This document shows positions 26,782-35,560 of a stretch of DNA of 64,000 nt, piece after piece (positions within the stretch are counted from its first letter, which is position 1; every line of letters begins with the position of its first letter). Where the stretch lies: the IMG/VR virus record IMGVR_UViG_2895221163_000002, positions 16,586 to 80,585 of that record, one strand, 5' to 3'. Below the pieces are notes generated by a model that saw only the letters and a list, made by a program, of their open reading frames with translations, ran no database searches and was not told the origin of the DNA. The position numbers and the translations under genes were made by a program. The DNA is from a virus (taxonomy: Duplodnaviria > Caudoviricetes).

Positions 26782-27689
26782 TCTTTTTTACCTATAAATC
26801 TATGAGAGATGCTCCTTTGTATCTCGGCAGATTGTTGAACTAGACTCTGCAAGGTCGGATGGCCATTAGGCGAAAAATCAACATCTTCTGAAATATCTAT
26901 CAGGCCAGCATCTTTATTGATTCCAAAAATAGAAACTTTACGTGTTTTTCCACCAATATTTATGCTTGCATCAGCCTCGTTAAAATCTATTCCGGAGCAA
27001 GTTATTAGAGATCCTTCAGAGTGCCTGAACTTTTCTACTACTTCTCCAAGAATGCCTATTTTCTGCTTTCGTCTAGCTGAGATGGTTAGTTCAATGTCTA
27101 CTGACTCTGGCATTGTGTTTACAAGAAGATCAGCGATATCCGTGCTTGTGTTTCTTTTTATGAAAGTAACTTTTTTGACAGGAGAGTCCTTTAGAACACC
27201 ATCTGTAAAATCCTGAGGAATTACTCTTTGGAACCATAGTTTGTATCCGGGATGAGTCCTTTCGAACCACTCTCGCAATACAGTCCAAGTCAATGACACG
27301 CACGATTTGCCCGAAAAAGTTTGTAGAGATAGAAATATGTTTCTATCATCAGGCATCCAAAAATCATAGAAAAGAGGTATTTCTTCGACGTCTGATGACT
27401 TTCTAGCATATTTTTTAGTCTTGGTTCTAAGGTCTTTTATAGTGCTCTCATATCCAAAGGTGCCATAATCTATATATCCATATATTCTATTTGGATCATT
27501 ATTAAGTTTTTCAATTACCCAGCTTCTCTCAGTTTTGTGGTCTGCAACATGAGTATTTTGTCCCTGAATGAATTCACTAACAAAATTCACCAGCTCGTTG
27601 TTCTTTTTGTATTTTACTTTTTCTACTGGGTTACTGGATTCCTCGTAAACGCTTATAGCATAAATGCGTAGACCAATTGATGCGGGCAT
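26778..27689 (-). CDS. Cytoplasmic protein (candidate RexA/DUF4747-like sensor)
   Basis: AT-rich 303-aa ORF coupled to the 4-TM gene next to int; family not verified. Confidence 0.7.
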   Translation of the reverse strand: MPASIGLRIYAISVYEESSNPVEKVKYKKNNELVNFVSEFIQGQNTHVADHKTERSWVIEKLNNDPNRIYGYIDYGTFGYESTIKDLRTKTKKYARKSSDVEEIPLFYDFWMPDDRNIFLSLQTFSGKSCVSLTWTVLREWFERTHPGYKLWFQRVIPQDFTDGVLKDSPVKKVTFIKRNTSTDIADLLVNTMPESVDIELTISARRKQKIGILGEVVEKFRHSEGSLITCSGIDFNEADASINIGGKTRKVSIFGINKDAGLIDISEDVDFSPNGHPTLQSLVQQSAEIQRSISHRFIGKKE

Positions 27690-27993
27690 AGTCTATTTCC
27701 AAATCCCTCGAAGTGTTCGCCGAGGCTAACTCATGTTTCAAACTAAGACTATATGAATCGCAAACCAAATTTTTCTCTGACTTCTTTGGTTTATGGCTAA
27801 ATTCATTTCAGGAATATGAAATGAATTGGACGCGATAAGAATCGCCTTAGAGCGCACAAGTCTTCAGGGGTATCCGGATTTTCTCCAGATTCATCGCCGA
27901 TTCAAACAGGCAGATTCAATCTGAAACGACATATAGATAAAGTCTGAACATCATCACTGATGATGAATTATATGTATTTTTAAGGAGTTAGGA

Positions 27994-28041
27994 TGGTGGG
28001 CGCGACAGGGATTGAACCTGTGACCCCTGCCGTGTGAAGGC
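27994..28041 (-). tRNA. 3' fragment of tRNA-Val(CAC), interpreted as the att core
   Basis: Minus strand GCCTTCACACGGCAGGGGTCACAGGTTCAATCCCTGTCGCGCCCACCA has the anticodon loop, T-arm and CCA but no 5' half; adjacent to int. Confidence 0.9.
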
Positions 28042-28085
28042 GAAGGAGGCCTTCTGTAAGTATCTGATAAACAGATATTTTAGTT

Positions 28086-29213
28086 CTAATTTCCTTTGCG
28101 GGCACCGATTTGGCACGTCAGGACAATATCAGGCCAGTCCGTGTGTGCAAGCCAGCGGATCACGCCTTCCCGATGATAGTCAGGCATCTTCTTGGCATAG
28201 CGTGTCACGATCCCAATCGTCTGCCAGCCCCCCTCTTCCTTTAGTCGTAATAGATCTCGATGAATGCAGTAGTGCCACGTCGCCCATGTATGGCGCAGGC
28301 AATGCGGTGTGAGGTCGGGCACGAAAGTCCGTTTCTCTGTGAGAGATCCTTTGGGTATCCAGATTCTCTCTCGGCCGGGCAGACCAGATCTCTTGCAGGC
28401 GTAAGCCCAAGCATTCTTGATCTGACCGCCACCATTGCGTCCGGTGTCATGGTACGCGTCGCCCATCGCTTGGCCGCGATATGGCCTAAATACCCTTCCC
28501 TCTCTGTGTGGTAGTCCACTTAAAGCCAGCACGACAACGGGCGGCAAATCAATGTGACGTTCTGTATCCTGTTTTTGCCATACTACGACGCGTGCGGCTG
28601 GCAGATCCACGTCTCGCCAATCCAATTCCAACGCTTCAGACATGCGAGCGCCAGTGCCGATCAGGAATACGAGCAGCGGCCGTACATGGGGCGCGGCCTC
28701 ATTTACCAGGTCCGTTGCCTCGTTTGGTCTCAGGAACTGCATTTTCGTACGGGGGATCTTCGGGCTTGCGAAGGCTGGCTTGTCGCACCAGTCTCTCAGC
28801 GCTGCAAATTCTAGAATGGCCCGAAGGGGAGTTAAAACGCCCCGGAGCTTTGTGGCCGGAGCTGCTGCCGCTCCCTTCGAGAGAATGGCTTTATATGCCT
28901 GGTCGACGTCTTCTTGCTTGATGGCATTCAGCTTGCGCGTACCAAAATGCCGCAGTAGCCGTTCGATATGAAACAACGTCGTCTCGCTCCGCTGTTCAGC
29001 CTCCAGATAAGCTGAAACGGCGGATGCAAAAGTTACGACCGCGCGTTTGCCGTAGACTGATTCTTCCCAGAGTTCCGCTTCCCGTTTTGCTCTGAAAGCC
29101 TCTGCCTGCTGCGGGTCAGGTGTGCCAGCGCATTCGTATATGCTTTGTCCTCGGACGGTTCCGCGGATGTAAAGCGATTCGCGGCCTTTCCGCTTGACGA
29201 CTGACAGGGGCAT
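28086..29213 (-). CDS. int: Tyrosine integrase of prophage R
   Basis: GARMSE, HCLRHTWATW and VTRYA; closely similar to 25138-26247. Confidence 0.95.
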   Translation of the reverse strand: MPLSVVKRKGRESLYIRGTVRGQSIYECAGTPDPQQAEAFRAKREAELWEESVYGKRAVVTFASAVSAYLEAEQRSETTLFHIERLLRHFGTRKLNAIKQEDVDQAYKAILSKGAAAAPATKLRGVLTPLRAILEFAALRDWCDKPAFASPKIPRTKMQFLRPNEATDLVNEAAPHVRPLLVFLIGTGARMSEALELDWRDVDLPAARVVVWQKQDTERHIDLPPVVVLALSGLPHREGRVFRPYRGQAMGDAYHDTGRNGGGQIKNAWAYACKRSGLPGRERIWIPKGSLTEKRTFVPDLTPHCLRHTWATWHYCIHRDLLRLKEEGGWQTIGIVTRYAKKMPDYHREGVIRWLAHTDWPDIVLTCQIGARKGN

Positions 29214-29407
29214 TCTAGGCTTTCGATAAGGGTTCGGATGTCTTCAGGACGAAACATGATTTTGATGCCGATACGGCGGTGGGTCGGTGCTCCGTTAAAC
29301 TCGGGCACTTGTTTGAGGTGATGCAACAGTTTCGTGCGCCCGATGACGCCCTGTAGGTCATCAGCGAGAACTGAAGCCATGCTTCGGAGAACTATGCGAT
29401 CACTCAT
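29033..29407 (-). CDS. Putative excisionase overlapping int
   Basis: IGRTKLLHHLKQVPEFNGAPTHRR...FRPEDI..L..SLECP, homologous to 24941-25336. Confidence 0.7.
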   Translation of the reverse strand: MSDRIVLRSMASVLADDLQGVIGRTKLLHHLKQVPEFNGAPTHRRIGIKIMFRPEDIRTLIESLECPCQSSSGKAANRFTSAEPSEDKAYTNALAHLTRSRQRLSEQNGKRNSGKNQSTANARS

Positions 29408-29580
29408 GCCCGTTCCTCCGCGTCCATAGCTGCGTCGATGGCGGCGCGGAATGAAGCGCGCCAATTACCGCCTCGGACGTCCCACTCCACACCTTTGGTG
29501 GAATCATTCCATCTTGATCGGGCCCGCGCGCAGTTCTGATCAAACCAATCGAGCAGTTCTGTGTCTGTGCGCTCGCTCAT
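29404..29580 (-). CDS. Small hypothetical phage protein
   Basis: TDTELLDW...FRAAIDAAM motif common in phage early regions; ATGA coupling. Confidence 0.6.
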   Translation of the reverse strand: MSERTDTELLDWFDQNCARARSRWNDSTKGVEWDVRGGNWRASFRAAIDAAMDAEERA

Positions 29581-29825
29581 GCGTAACGGCTCCCGAAGTC
29601 CGTCAGGTCCACCGAGATCTTCCCGGCGAAAGACGGGGCGCTGACGGTGGCGACCAGACGGCTGCCGAGATAGATGTCGTGAGCGCAGATCGTGCGGCGC
29701 GTGTCTTCTTTGGCGCGGCGTTCGGCGTCCCGGTATTCGGCAAAGCCCTGATCCCGCTGTGGGCTGGGCCGCATTCCCAGCAGAGTGACGCGAAAGAGGT
29801 CCGGCGATCGGGATGACGCTCTCAT
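29577..29825 (-). CDS. Hypothetical early protein
   Basis: GGAGG RBS; ATGA coupling. Confidence 0.55.
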   Translation of the reverse strand: MRASSRSPDLFRVTLLGMRPSPQRDQGFAEYRDAERRAKEDTRRTICAHDIYLGSRLVATVSAPSFAGKISVDLTDFGSRYA

Positions 29826-29959
29826 GGCGCCTCCTTCGGGCCGAGCCCCTGCATCCACGCGTCAGCCTTGGCGATGACAAGCCCGGTGATGATCCCTGCC
29901 CCATACAACCCGGCAACCAGCGCGCACGGGAGGAGCACGTCTATGACTTCAGTGGACAT
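29822..29959 (-). CDS. Small single-TM protein
   Basis: Manual translation MSTEVIDVLLPCALVAGLYGAGIITGLVIAKADAW...; GGAGG RBS. Confidence 0.5.
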   Translation of the reverse strand: MSTEVIDVLLPCALVAGLYGAGIITGLVIAKADAWMQGLGPKEAP

Positions 29960-30413
29960 CGCGCCCTCCCGGAAGAAGATCCGTGCAGAAGCGCAGGAAG
30001 CTCGCGATGCGAAGACCGCGGACTTGCGGGGCGGAATGCTCCAGCAGCTCGTCCAGCGTCTGCGGGCCGATCACAACAGGCGGCTCGGGAAACGGCACCG
30101 GATCGGCCGGGCGCGTTGCGTGCAGTAGAGCGATCAGTTCGTTCTCTACTTCGTTCGCGGTCTGGGCATAGGCCTTGGCGATGCCTGCGTTGGGCGCATC
30201 TTTGGCCCGTTCCCGCGCATAGATCAGGCAGACACGTTTCTCACGTGCCTTGCCCTGAACGGCGACAGACCGGTCGGACAGATATTCTGTGAACGTGCGA
30301 TCCGTATGACCCCGCAGCAGAGGGTGAAGCGGGCGCAGTAAGGGAACGGAAGCGGCAGCCCTGAGGCTGATGGTTGCGTGAGACTGGCGCGTCTCACCTG
30401 CGGGCAATGACAT
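29949..30413 (-). CDS. Conserved hypothetical early protein
   Basis: First PL gene; homolog of 22252-22677. Confidence 0.7.
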   Translation of the reverse strand: MSLPAGETRQSHATISLRAAASVPLLRPLHPLLRGHTDRTFTEYLSDRSVAVQGKAREKRVCLIYARERAKDAPNAGIAKAYAQTANEVENELIALLHATRPADPVPFPEPPVVIGPQTLDELLEHSAPQVRGLRIASFLRFCTDLLPGGRDVH

Positions 30414-30447
30414 ATCGATCTCCATCGCGTTGGTGCGATGGAGATAG

Positions 30448-30496
30448 TTTCACCAGAAGAAACTTATTGGTCAATAAAAAATTTCATCAGAAGAAA
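30448..30496 (-). promoter_or_regulatory. OL-like operators of prophage R
   Basis: TTTCACCAGAAGAAA (30448-62) and TTTCATCAGAAGAAA (30482-96), with TTGACC between them on the minus strand. Confidence 0.7.
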
Positions 30497-30500
30497 TTTC

Positions 30501-30851
30501 TTACTTTCCTTTCATTGCTTTTCCAGCATTGATCCACGCATCAAATGCTCCGGCGTCCAAGCTGGCTGCCAATGCAGCAGCCTCTTTATATCGCTGTGAC
30601 ATATCAAGCTCAGAAGGATCGAAAAGAAGAGATTCTGGGGTAGTTTCAAGAATTTCTGCCACCCGCACGAATTGCGATAACGTCATATTAACCTTGCCAT
30701 TCAGCCATTTAGAGACTGATGGTTCGGACATATCTAATGCTTCAGCCAATTTCCGTTGCGTATATCCCTTGAGCTTCATCCATGCCTTAACAAACCGCAG
30801 AGTATGTCGGTTTTTGGCGACTTCTTGAGGGGAGAGCTCTTTCTCGATCAT
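30501..30851 (-). CDS. CI-like XRE repressor without a peptidase domain
   Basis: GYTQRKLAEALDMSEPSVSKWLNGK. Confidence 0.85.
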   Translation of the reverse strand: MIEKELSPQEVAKNRHTLRFVKAWMKLKGYTQRKLAEALDMSEPSVSKWLNGKVNMTLSQFVRVAEILETTPESLLFDPSELDMSQRYKEAAALAASLDAGAFDAWINAGKAMKGK

Positions 30852-30903
30852 GCTGCCATTTTGGCGGCTAAAGCGTAAAAGCGGGATGCCTCCACATGAA
30901 AAC

Positions 30904-30934
30904 TTTCTTGACCTGAAAGTTTCATCAGAATAAA
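30904..30934 (+). promoter_or_regulatory. OR-like operators and PR of prophage R
   Basis: TTTCTTGACCTGAAA (30904-18) and TTTCATCAGAATAAA (30920-34); TTGACC -35. Confidence 0.7.
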
Positions 30935-30942
30935 TTTTCTGC

Positions 30943-31182
30943 ATGTCGTTGAAAGCTATCCTCATCGAGCGCGGGATCACCCAGACTCAACTGGCTGCAC
31001 AAGTGCAAATGAGCGAGCCGACCGTATCTCGGTGGGTGAAAGGGGCTTCGTGCATCCCTACGCACAAGCTGAGAGAAGTCGCGTCAGCGCTAAATGTGTC
31101 ACTGGACGCTCTCGTGCCGCTTCGTTCGGCAAGATCCAATAACGCCTCACAGCACGGTTCGATTAGTGAGACAGCAGTATGA
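30943..31182 (+). CDS. cro: Cro-like repressor
   Basis: GITQTQLAAQVQMSEPTVSRW; divergent from cI. Confidence 0.85.
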   Translation: MSLKAILIERGITQTQLAAQVQMSEPTVSRWVKGASCIPTHKLREVASALNVSLDALVPLRSARSNNASQHGSISETAV

Positions 31183-31269
31183 GCATCCTTCATAAACCCG
31201 AAGGTAAGCAACGCTCATGCTGCCGTCAGCAAGATGATGTCTTGCAGCCTTGCCCGTTCTTAACGGGGC

Positions 31270-31521
31270 TTAGTGGATCTCGCCTTGCGGCTTCTGAAGA
31301 AGAATTTCCGCAGCATCGAGCAGATCACGCCCCAGTTCGGCGGCCGTCTGCGGAGACAGTGAGAACTGTTCGAGCTTATCGCCTTCCGGGAAGTGCTCTG
31401 GCGCGGTTGCGGCCTTCACCTGCAGCACGACAGCGCCGTCCTGAATCACCACCGTGCGGAAGCCTGTCAGGCTCGAAATATCGAGATTGCCGTCTTCCTT
31501 CAGTTTCCATTCATCAGCCAT
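31270..31521 (-). CDS. Small protein, possibly BssS-like
   Basis: GGAG RBS; LTGF...AVVLQV...FSLSPQTAAELGRDL. Confidence 0.55.
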   Translation of the reverse strand: MADEWKLKEDGNLDISSLTGFRTVVIQDGAVVLQVKAATAPEHFPEGDKLEQFSLSPQTAAELGRDLLDAAEILLQKPQGEIH

Positions 31522-31585
31522 GTGCCGTCACTCCGTTCGCTTTAGATGCGCGCAAGATGGCTGATCGTCGTGCGTGGGTGAAGCC

Positions 31586-32035
31586 ATGAATCACGTCCCT
31601 GCCCTCAAGACGGCCACGCAAATGGCTGTTCGGGCGATTGGCGGCATTGATGCCGCGGCAGCCGTTACCCGCGTCGGTCGGGCTCGGATTTCGGAATATC
31701 AAAACCGAAACTCCACAACGACAGCCCCGGTAGATATCGCCATTGTGCTGGACGAGTTCGCCCAGGAGCCTTTCATTCTCCAGACCATGGCGCATGAGCT
31801 TGGCTACAACCTGACGCCGATCCAGTTGGGTCATGGCGATGTGGCCGAGATCATGGAAGACGTGGCGGACAAGGCCAACGACACCATGAAGATGACGATC
31901 CGCGTTCTGGCGGATGGCATTGTGACGGTCGAGGAAGCCCACAGCCTTGGCCATGAGCTGACCAAGCTACGCCGCGTTGTGGATCATGCCCTCAAGATCG
32001 TGCGCGGGATAGAAAAGACAGGAGCCTCGGCATGA
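31586..32035 (+). CDS. CII-like phage regulatory protein
   Basis: LKTATQ.AV.AIGG..AAA...RV; ADGIVT.EE; position between cro and rep. Confidence 0.65.
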   Translation: MNHVPALKTATQMAVRAIGGIDAAAAVTRVGRARISEYQNRNSTTTAPVDIAIVLDEFAQEPFILQTMAHELGYNLTPIQLGHGDVAEIMEDVADKANDTMKMTIRVLADGIVTVEEAHSLGHELTKLRRVVDHALKIVRGIEKTGASA

Positions 32036-33234
32036 TGCTCCAGATCCCCACCACCTTCGATCGGGACGACGTTCCGTCTATGGCCTTTCTAAAGGTTCTG
32101 CCGGCCGAGCTGCGTGGCGTTTTCCATTCCCTGATGGACGCTCTGAAATCTGCCCGCGACGTGGTGTTCCGTGTCGGCGGCCGTGCGCTCGATGACGTCC
32201 AAGTGGCGCAGATGGCGTGTGAAAACGTCGAGGTGTTGCGCCGCGTCCTGCCGGAACTCGAGTTCACGCGGTTTATCCTTCGTGATGAAGACGGCGCGCT
32301 CTACAGCCCTCACCTCGTGGAACGGCAGATCCGCCGTGAGGAACGCGCTCAGGCTCGTGCTGAGCGGCAGCGTCGTCTGGAAGAGTTTCAGGCCCGTCAG
32401 GAGGCCGGAGAGTTCGCACCAGAAGCCGGCGTGAAGGCTATGACCTCTCGGGCGAATGCCTCCAAGGGCGGCCGCCCGCGCAAGGGGGAGAAAGCAGAAG
32501 ACGCTTATGTGCGTCGGCAGCGCGAAGCCGTCGAGCAGCGTGAAATGCGCTTGCTGTCGTCTATCGACGGTGGGGCGATTTCGGAAACCGAAAACCAAAA
32601 CCAGTTTTCAAAAGCGGTTTTGGTTTCCGGGGTTTCGGTTTCAAAACCGGTTTCTGGGTTTTCCGTAGATCTAGAATTAGAGAAAGATATATCCCCTTCT
32701 GATTCTAATTCTACGAAACCGGCAGAAACCGAAACCGACAAACCGGCCTTGGAGATTTCGGAAGCCCTGATCTCCCAGACCGTCGCCCGCGTCCTCAAGG
32801 TTGGACGTCTGCCAGACGGTCAGGCCGGGTTCGCCAAGAGCATCTGCGGTCGTTTCCTTCGGGACGGCGTTCCAGCCGATGTGTTGGTCGAGGCTGTGAA
32901 GCAGCATGCCGAGAAAATGGCTCTGAACGGCGACACAGCCTACAAAATGGGCGCTTTCCGCAAGCCGATCGAGCGGTTCTGGGCAGATCATCAAGCCGGC
33001 GTCTCAACCGCACCGGCTCCAGAGCCAGTGGCTCGGGAAGACTGGGAAGAACGCGCGCTGGGAGTCTATGCCAAGGCACAAGAGGTCTGGAGCGAAGCCT
33101 TCCGCCTGAAGCGAGATTTCTCGGCTGTTAAGCGGGACTGGCCGGAGCTGGCGCAAGCCCATGACCTACCCACCTGCCCCGTCGAGCGCGCTGCGTATCT
33201 GGACTGGTATCGCCCGCAGGCTCAGGCCGCATGA
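32032..33234 (+). CDS. Replication initiator protein
   Basis: N-terminal wHTH (DEDGALYS..LV), SRANASKGGRPRK and internal iteron cluster. Confidence 0.7.
   Translation: MMLQIPTTFDRDDVPSMAFLKVLPAELRGVFHSLMDALKSARDVVFRVGGRALDDVQVAQMACENVEVLRRVLPELEFTRFILRDEDGALYSPHLVERQIRREERAQARAERQRRLEEFQARQEAGEFAPEAGVKAMTSRANASKGGRPRKGEKAEDAYVRRQREAVEQREMRLLSSIDGGAISETENQNQFSKAVLVSGVSVSKPVSGFSVDLELEKDISPSDSNSTKPAETETDKPALEISEALISQTVARVLKVGRLPDGQAGFAKSICGRFLRDGVPADVLVEAVKQHAEKMALNGDTAYKMGAFRKPIERFWADHQAGVSTAPAPEPVAREDWEERALGVYAKAQEVWSEAFRLKRDFSAVKRDWPELAQAHDLPTCPVERAAYLDWYRPQAQAA
32580..32750. repeat. Putative origin of replication (iterons plus AT-rich inverted repeat) inside rep
   Basis: Many (G/A)AAACC / GGTTT(C/T) repeats around TAGAATTAGA...TCTAATTCTA. 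Confidence 0.65.
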
Positions 33235-33443
33235 AGGCGCTGCGCAGAGCCCTCGCCTCTTTCACCCATTCTGAATTCCTCACGGTTCGCTCCGAACGTG
33301 ACCAGGCGCAGCATGCTGCTCTGGCACTGGAGCGGACTGTTGCGGATCAAGCCCTGGAGATTGTCACGCTCCAGGCCCGTCTGGCTCGGCTCACCTCGAA
33401 CCGGGATGCCGACGGCCGATTTATGAAGCGCAACCCCACATGA
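33231..33443 (+). CDS. Small coiled-coil protein
   Basis: ATGA-coupled; ends in RDADGRF. Confidence 0.6.
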   Translation: MKALRRALASFTHSEFLTVRSERDQAQHAALALERTVADQALEIVTLQARLARLTSNRDADGRFMKRNPT

Positions 33444-33450
33444 ACGTGGA

Positions 33451-33957
33451 ATGCAAATGACTACTGCCGCTGAGGCAACTCGACCAATTGAAGAAGCCGT
33501 CCCCATGCAGGGGGCTTGGAAAAACCGCATCGCTCTGGCTGAACTGGACCAGGGAAAAGACAGGCCACCAATCGAAGTCCTACGCCGTGGAGCTGGCCTC
33601 TACGGCTTGCTACGTTCCGGCACGATCACCCAACGTCACGTCGACGCCGCCCAACGTTGGGCATGTGATTTCGAGACGGGAATTATGGGTGCTTCCAATC
33701 CCGAGATTCGGTCAACGGGGCAAGGAAGTCTGGAGGACTCTCTTCTAGCGAGGTCTTTTGCCGTCGCCCGATGTGAAGGCGTCCGGAGGACACTAGGCCG
33801 ATATGCTGGCGACCTTCTCGTGCTGTTAGTTTTGGACGGTCTTTCGGTAGCAAGGATCTCTGAAATGTACGGTAAAAACCGTCAAGGGATGACTGGCGCA
33901 ATCGAACTGCTTCTTGAGCAACTGACCGATTATTATGAAGGAAGCCAAATCCATTAA
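33451..33957 (+). CDS. Putative late regulator (DUF6456-like)
   Basis: LLRSGTITQRH.DAA...C-terminal HTH...LL..L.DYY; end of the early operon. Confidence 0.6.
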   Translation: MQMTTAAEATRPIEEAVPMQGAWKNRIALAELDQGKDRPPIEVLRRGAGLYGLLRSGTITQRHVDAAQRWACDFETGIMGASNPEIRSTGQGSLEDSLLARSFAVARCEGVRRTLGRYAGDLLVLLVLDGLSVARISEMYGKNRQGMTGAIELLLEQLTDYYEGSQIH

Positions 33958-34198
33958 AAACCTGTTGACCTGAAACAGATTTGGACAGTAATAGTATATG
34001 ATTATCGATGGGCGTGTGGCTGGAATAAGCCTGCGCCCTTTTTTGTTGATGTTCTGCCTTCTTTTAATGGGCAATATCGTAGCTCTCTCAAACAAAGCAT
34101 GGCTATGGCGCTTACTCCCTAAATTTAGGTAAAATCACAAATTCATTGACGTAACGGGATATTTCAGAATTATTGTAAAATAATAATTACTGTCCGAG

Positions 34199-35356
34199 AT
34201 GGCAATGTACTCAACCCTTATTACGTCCAGCAAATCGCTCTTACATGTATCCGAAGGCGTTCTCGGTCACGCTAGCCCGACCGAAGTCGTAGACCCTGTT
34301 TATGCTTGGCGCGCGGAAGCTAACAGTGATGTAATCTACCTAATGGCTGCATCTGGAGAGCCATTCTGGATCATGGGTGATTTCGGGCAGAGGGCGATAT
34401 TTTCGTTTAAAATTCGTCGCCAAGTTGGTGGTGGAATAGCAATCGAACATCCCAGCAACGCAAAAATATTCAGGGCTTCGGATGATGGACGGATCTACAT
34501 TGATGGAGAAAATGGCGGATTAGATAAAATATTTTTTGAAGAATCCATTAATATTTCTCCGAATGAGATACGTATAAAATACCAGAAAATACTTTCAAAT
34601 ACCCTCGAAAATAATCTTATTTCTCTATCGAAAATGTCACCATTCGTCGAGATGGCTGATATGGCCTATGCGATAACACGGCTTGAGAGTTTTTCATCCT
34701 ATTCACATGTTATCGATCAAATCAAAGAGCTCCCAAGTTACGAGTTTATCTTCCCGTCGATTCAATTATTGATGAAATCTGAGTTTGCAGGCAGCGGACG
34801 AAATTTTCATGCTCATTACGCGTGGGGCGGCGGTGATTTCGTCGATGTAGGAAAATATTCCTACGGTTTTCCACGTATCCTTCCATACCCGCCAGCACGG
34901 CTGAAGGTTAGTGCGTTTTGCTCGATTGCTGAAGACGTCACAGTTGTGCTCGGAAACCATCTAACCAAAGCCGCAACCACGTTTCCGTTTCAGGACGAGG
35001 CTTTTCGGTGGCCTTCGCGGCACGCAGACATCGGAAAATTTGAAGATAGTATCTCCTCGGGGGTGGTGATCGGCAATGATGTTTGGATTGGTCGTGGGGT
35101 TACCATTCTTCCTGGTGCAGTTATAGGAGACGGCTGCATCGTTGGCGCTGAATCTGTGGTTCGAGGAAAAGTCGAGCCTTACTCAATATATCTGGGTAAT
35201 CCGGGGTATGTTTTGAAACCACGATTTGATGCCCAAACCACCTCTCGCCTGTTGGCGCTCAAATGGTGGGAGTGGCCAGAATGGAAAATTGACCGATACT
35301 GCGGAATGATGATGACCGATTTGCAAGGTTTTTTGGATAAAGCCGAAAAGATCTGA
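34199..35356 (+). CDS. Hexapeptide-repeat (CatB/Vat-like) O-acetyltransferase with N-terminal extension
   Basis: VGKYSYG, FCSIA, VVIGNDVWIG..VTILPG.VIGDG.IVGA and LKWWEW motifs; AT-rich moron. Confidence 0.85.
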   Translation: MAMYSTLITSSKSLLHVSEGVLGHASPTEVVDPVYAWRAEANSDVIYLMAASGEPFWIMGDFGQRAIFSFKIRRQVGGGIAIEHPSNAKIFRASDDGRIYIDGENGGLDKIFFEESINISPNEIRIKYQKILSNTLENNLISLSKMSPFVEMADMAYAITRLESFSSYSHVIDQIKELPSYEFIFPSIQLLMKSEFAGSGRNFHAHYAWGGGDFVDVGKYSYGFPRILPYPPARLKVSAFCSIAEDVTVVLGNHLTKAATTFPFQDEAFRWPSRHADIGKFEDSISSGVVIGNDVWIGRGVTILPGAVIGDGCIVGAESVVRGKVEPYSIYLGNPGYVLKPRFDAQTTSRLLALKWWEWPEWKIDRYCGMMMTDLQGFLDKAEKI

Positions 35357-35416
35357 CGTTTGTCTGAATGAGGGTCTCCATACCCTTTAGAAATGACAAT
35401 TAGAGTGCTTTAGCCC

Positions 35417-35519
35417 GACACGATAACTCGGAGTTATCTGACAAGCCCGAAAGGACAGACTGTCAGATAACCCACCGAAAGGGTTCGGAACCCGTCAGAT
35501 AATTACAGTTATCTGACGG
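35417..35519. promoter_or_regulatory. Recombination/resolution site with repeated recombinase boxes
   Basis: CCGTCAGATAA-TTACAG-TTATCTGACGG (35492-35519) plus GTTATCTGACA (35433-43) and TGTCAGATAAC (35461-71). Confidence 0.75.
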
Positions 35520-35560
35520 TTTTTCAGGGTCTCCGCAGGATCGGAAACCTTTATAATTCA

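Larger units (their letters stand above)
1..27993 (-). mobile_element. Prophage L (lambda-like head, Mu-like contractile tail); continues beyond the left edge
   Basis: Contiguous sheath/tube/TMP, capsid/portal/terminase, DnaB, cI/cro and xis/int genes; right boundary taken at the tRNA fragment (approximate). Confidence 0.9.

Noticed and set aside
27994-28041. Intact tRNA-Val gene
   Set aside because: Only the anticodon arm to CCA is present; the upstream sequence cannot form the D-arm or the 5' acceptor strand
34199-35356. Bona fide chloramphenicol/streptogramin resistance gene
   Set aside because: The hexapeptide fold is shared by many sugar acetyltransferases, and the long N-terminal extension is atypical of CatB/Vat
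35417-35519. CRISPR array or integron attC
   Set aside because: The repeats are short inverted boxes without spacers; there are no cas genes and the recombinase lacks an evident IntI-specific insertion
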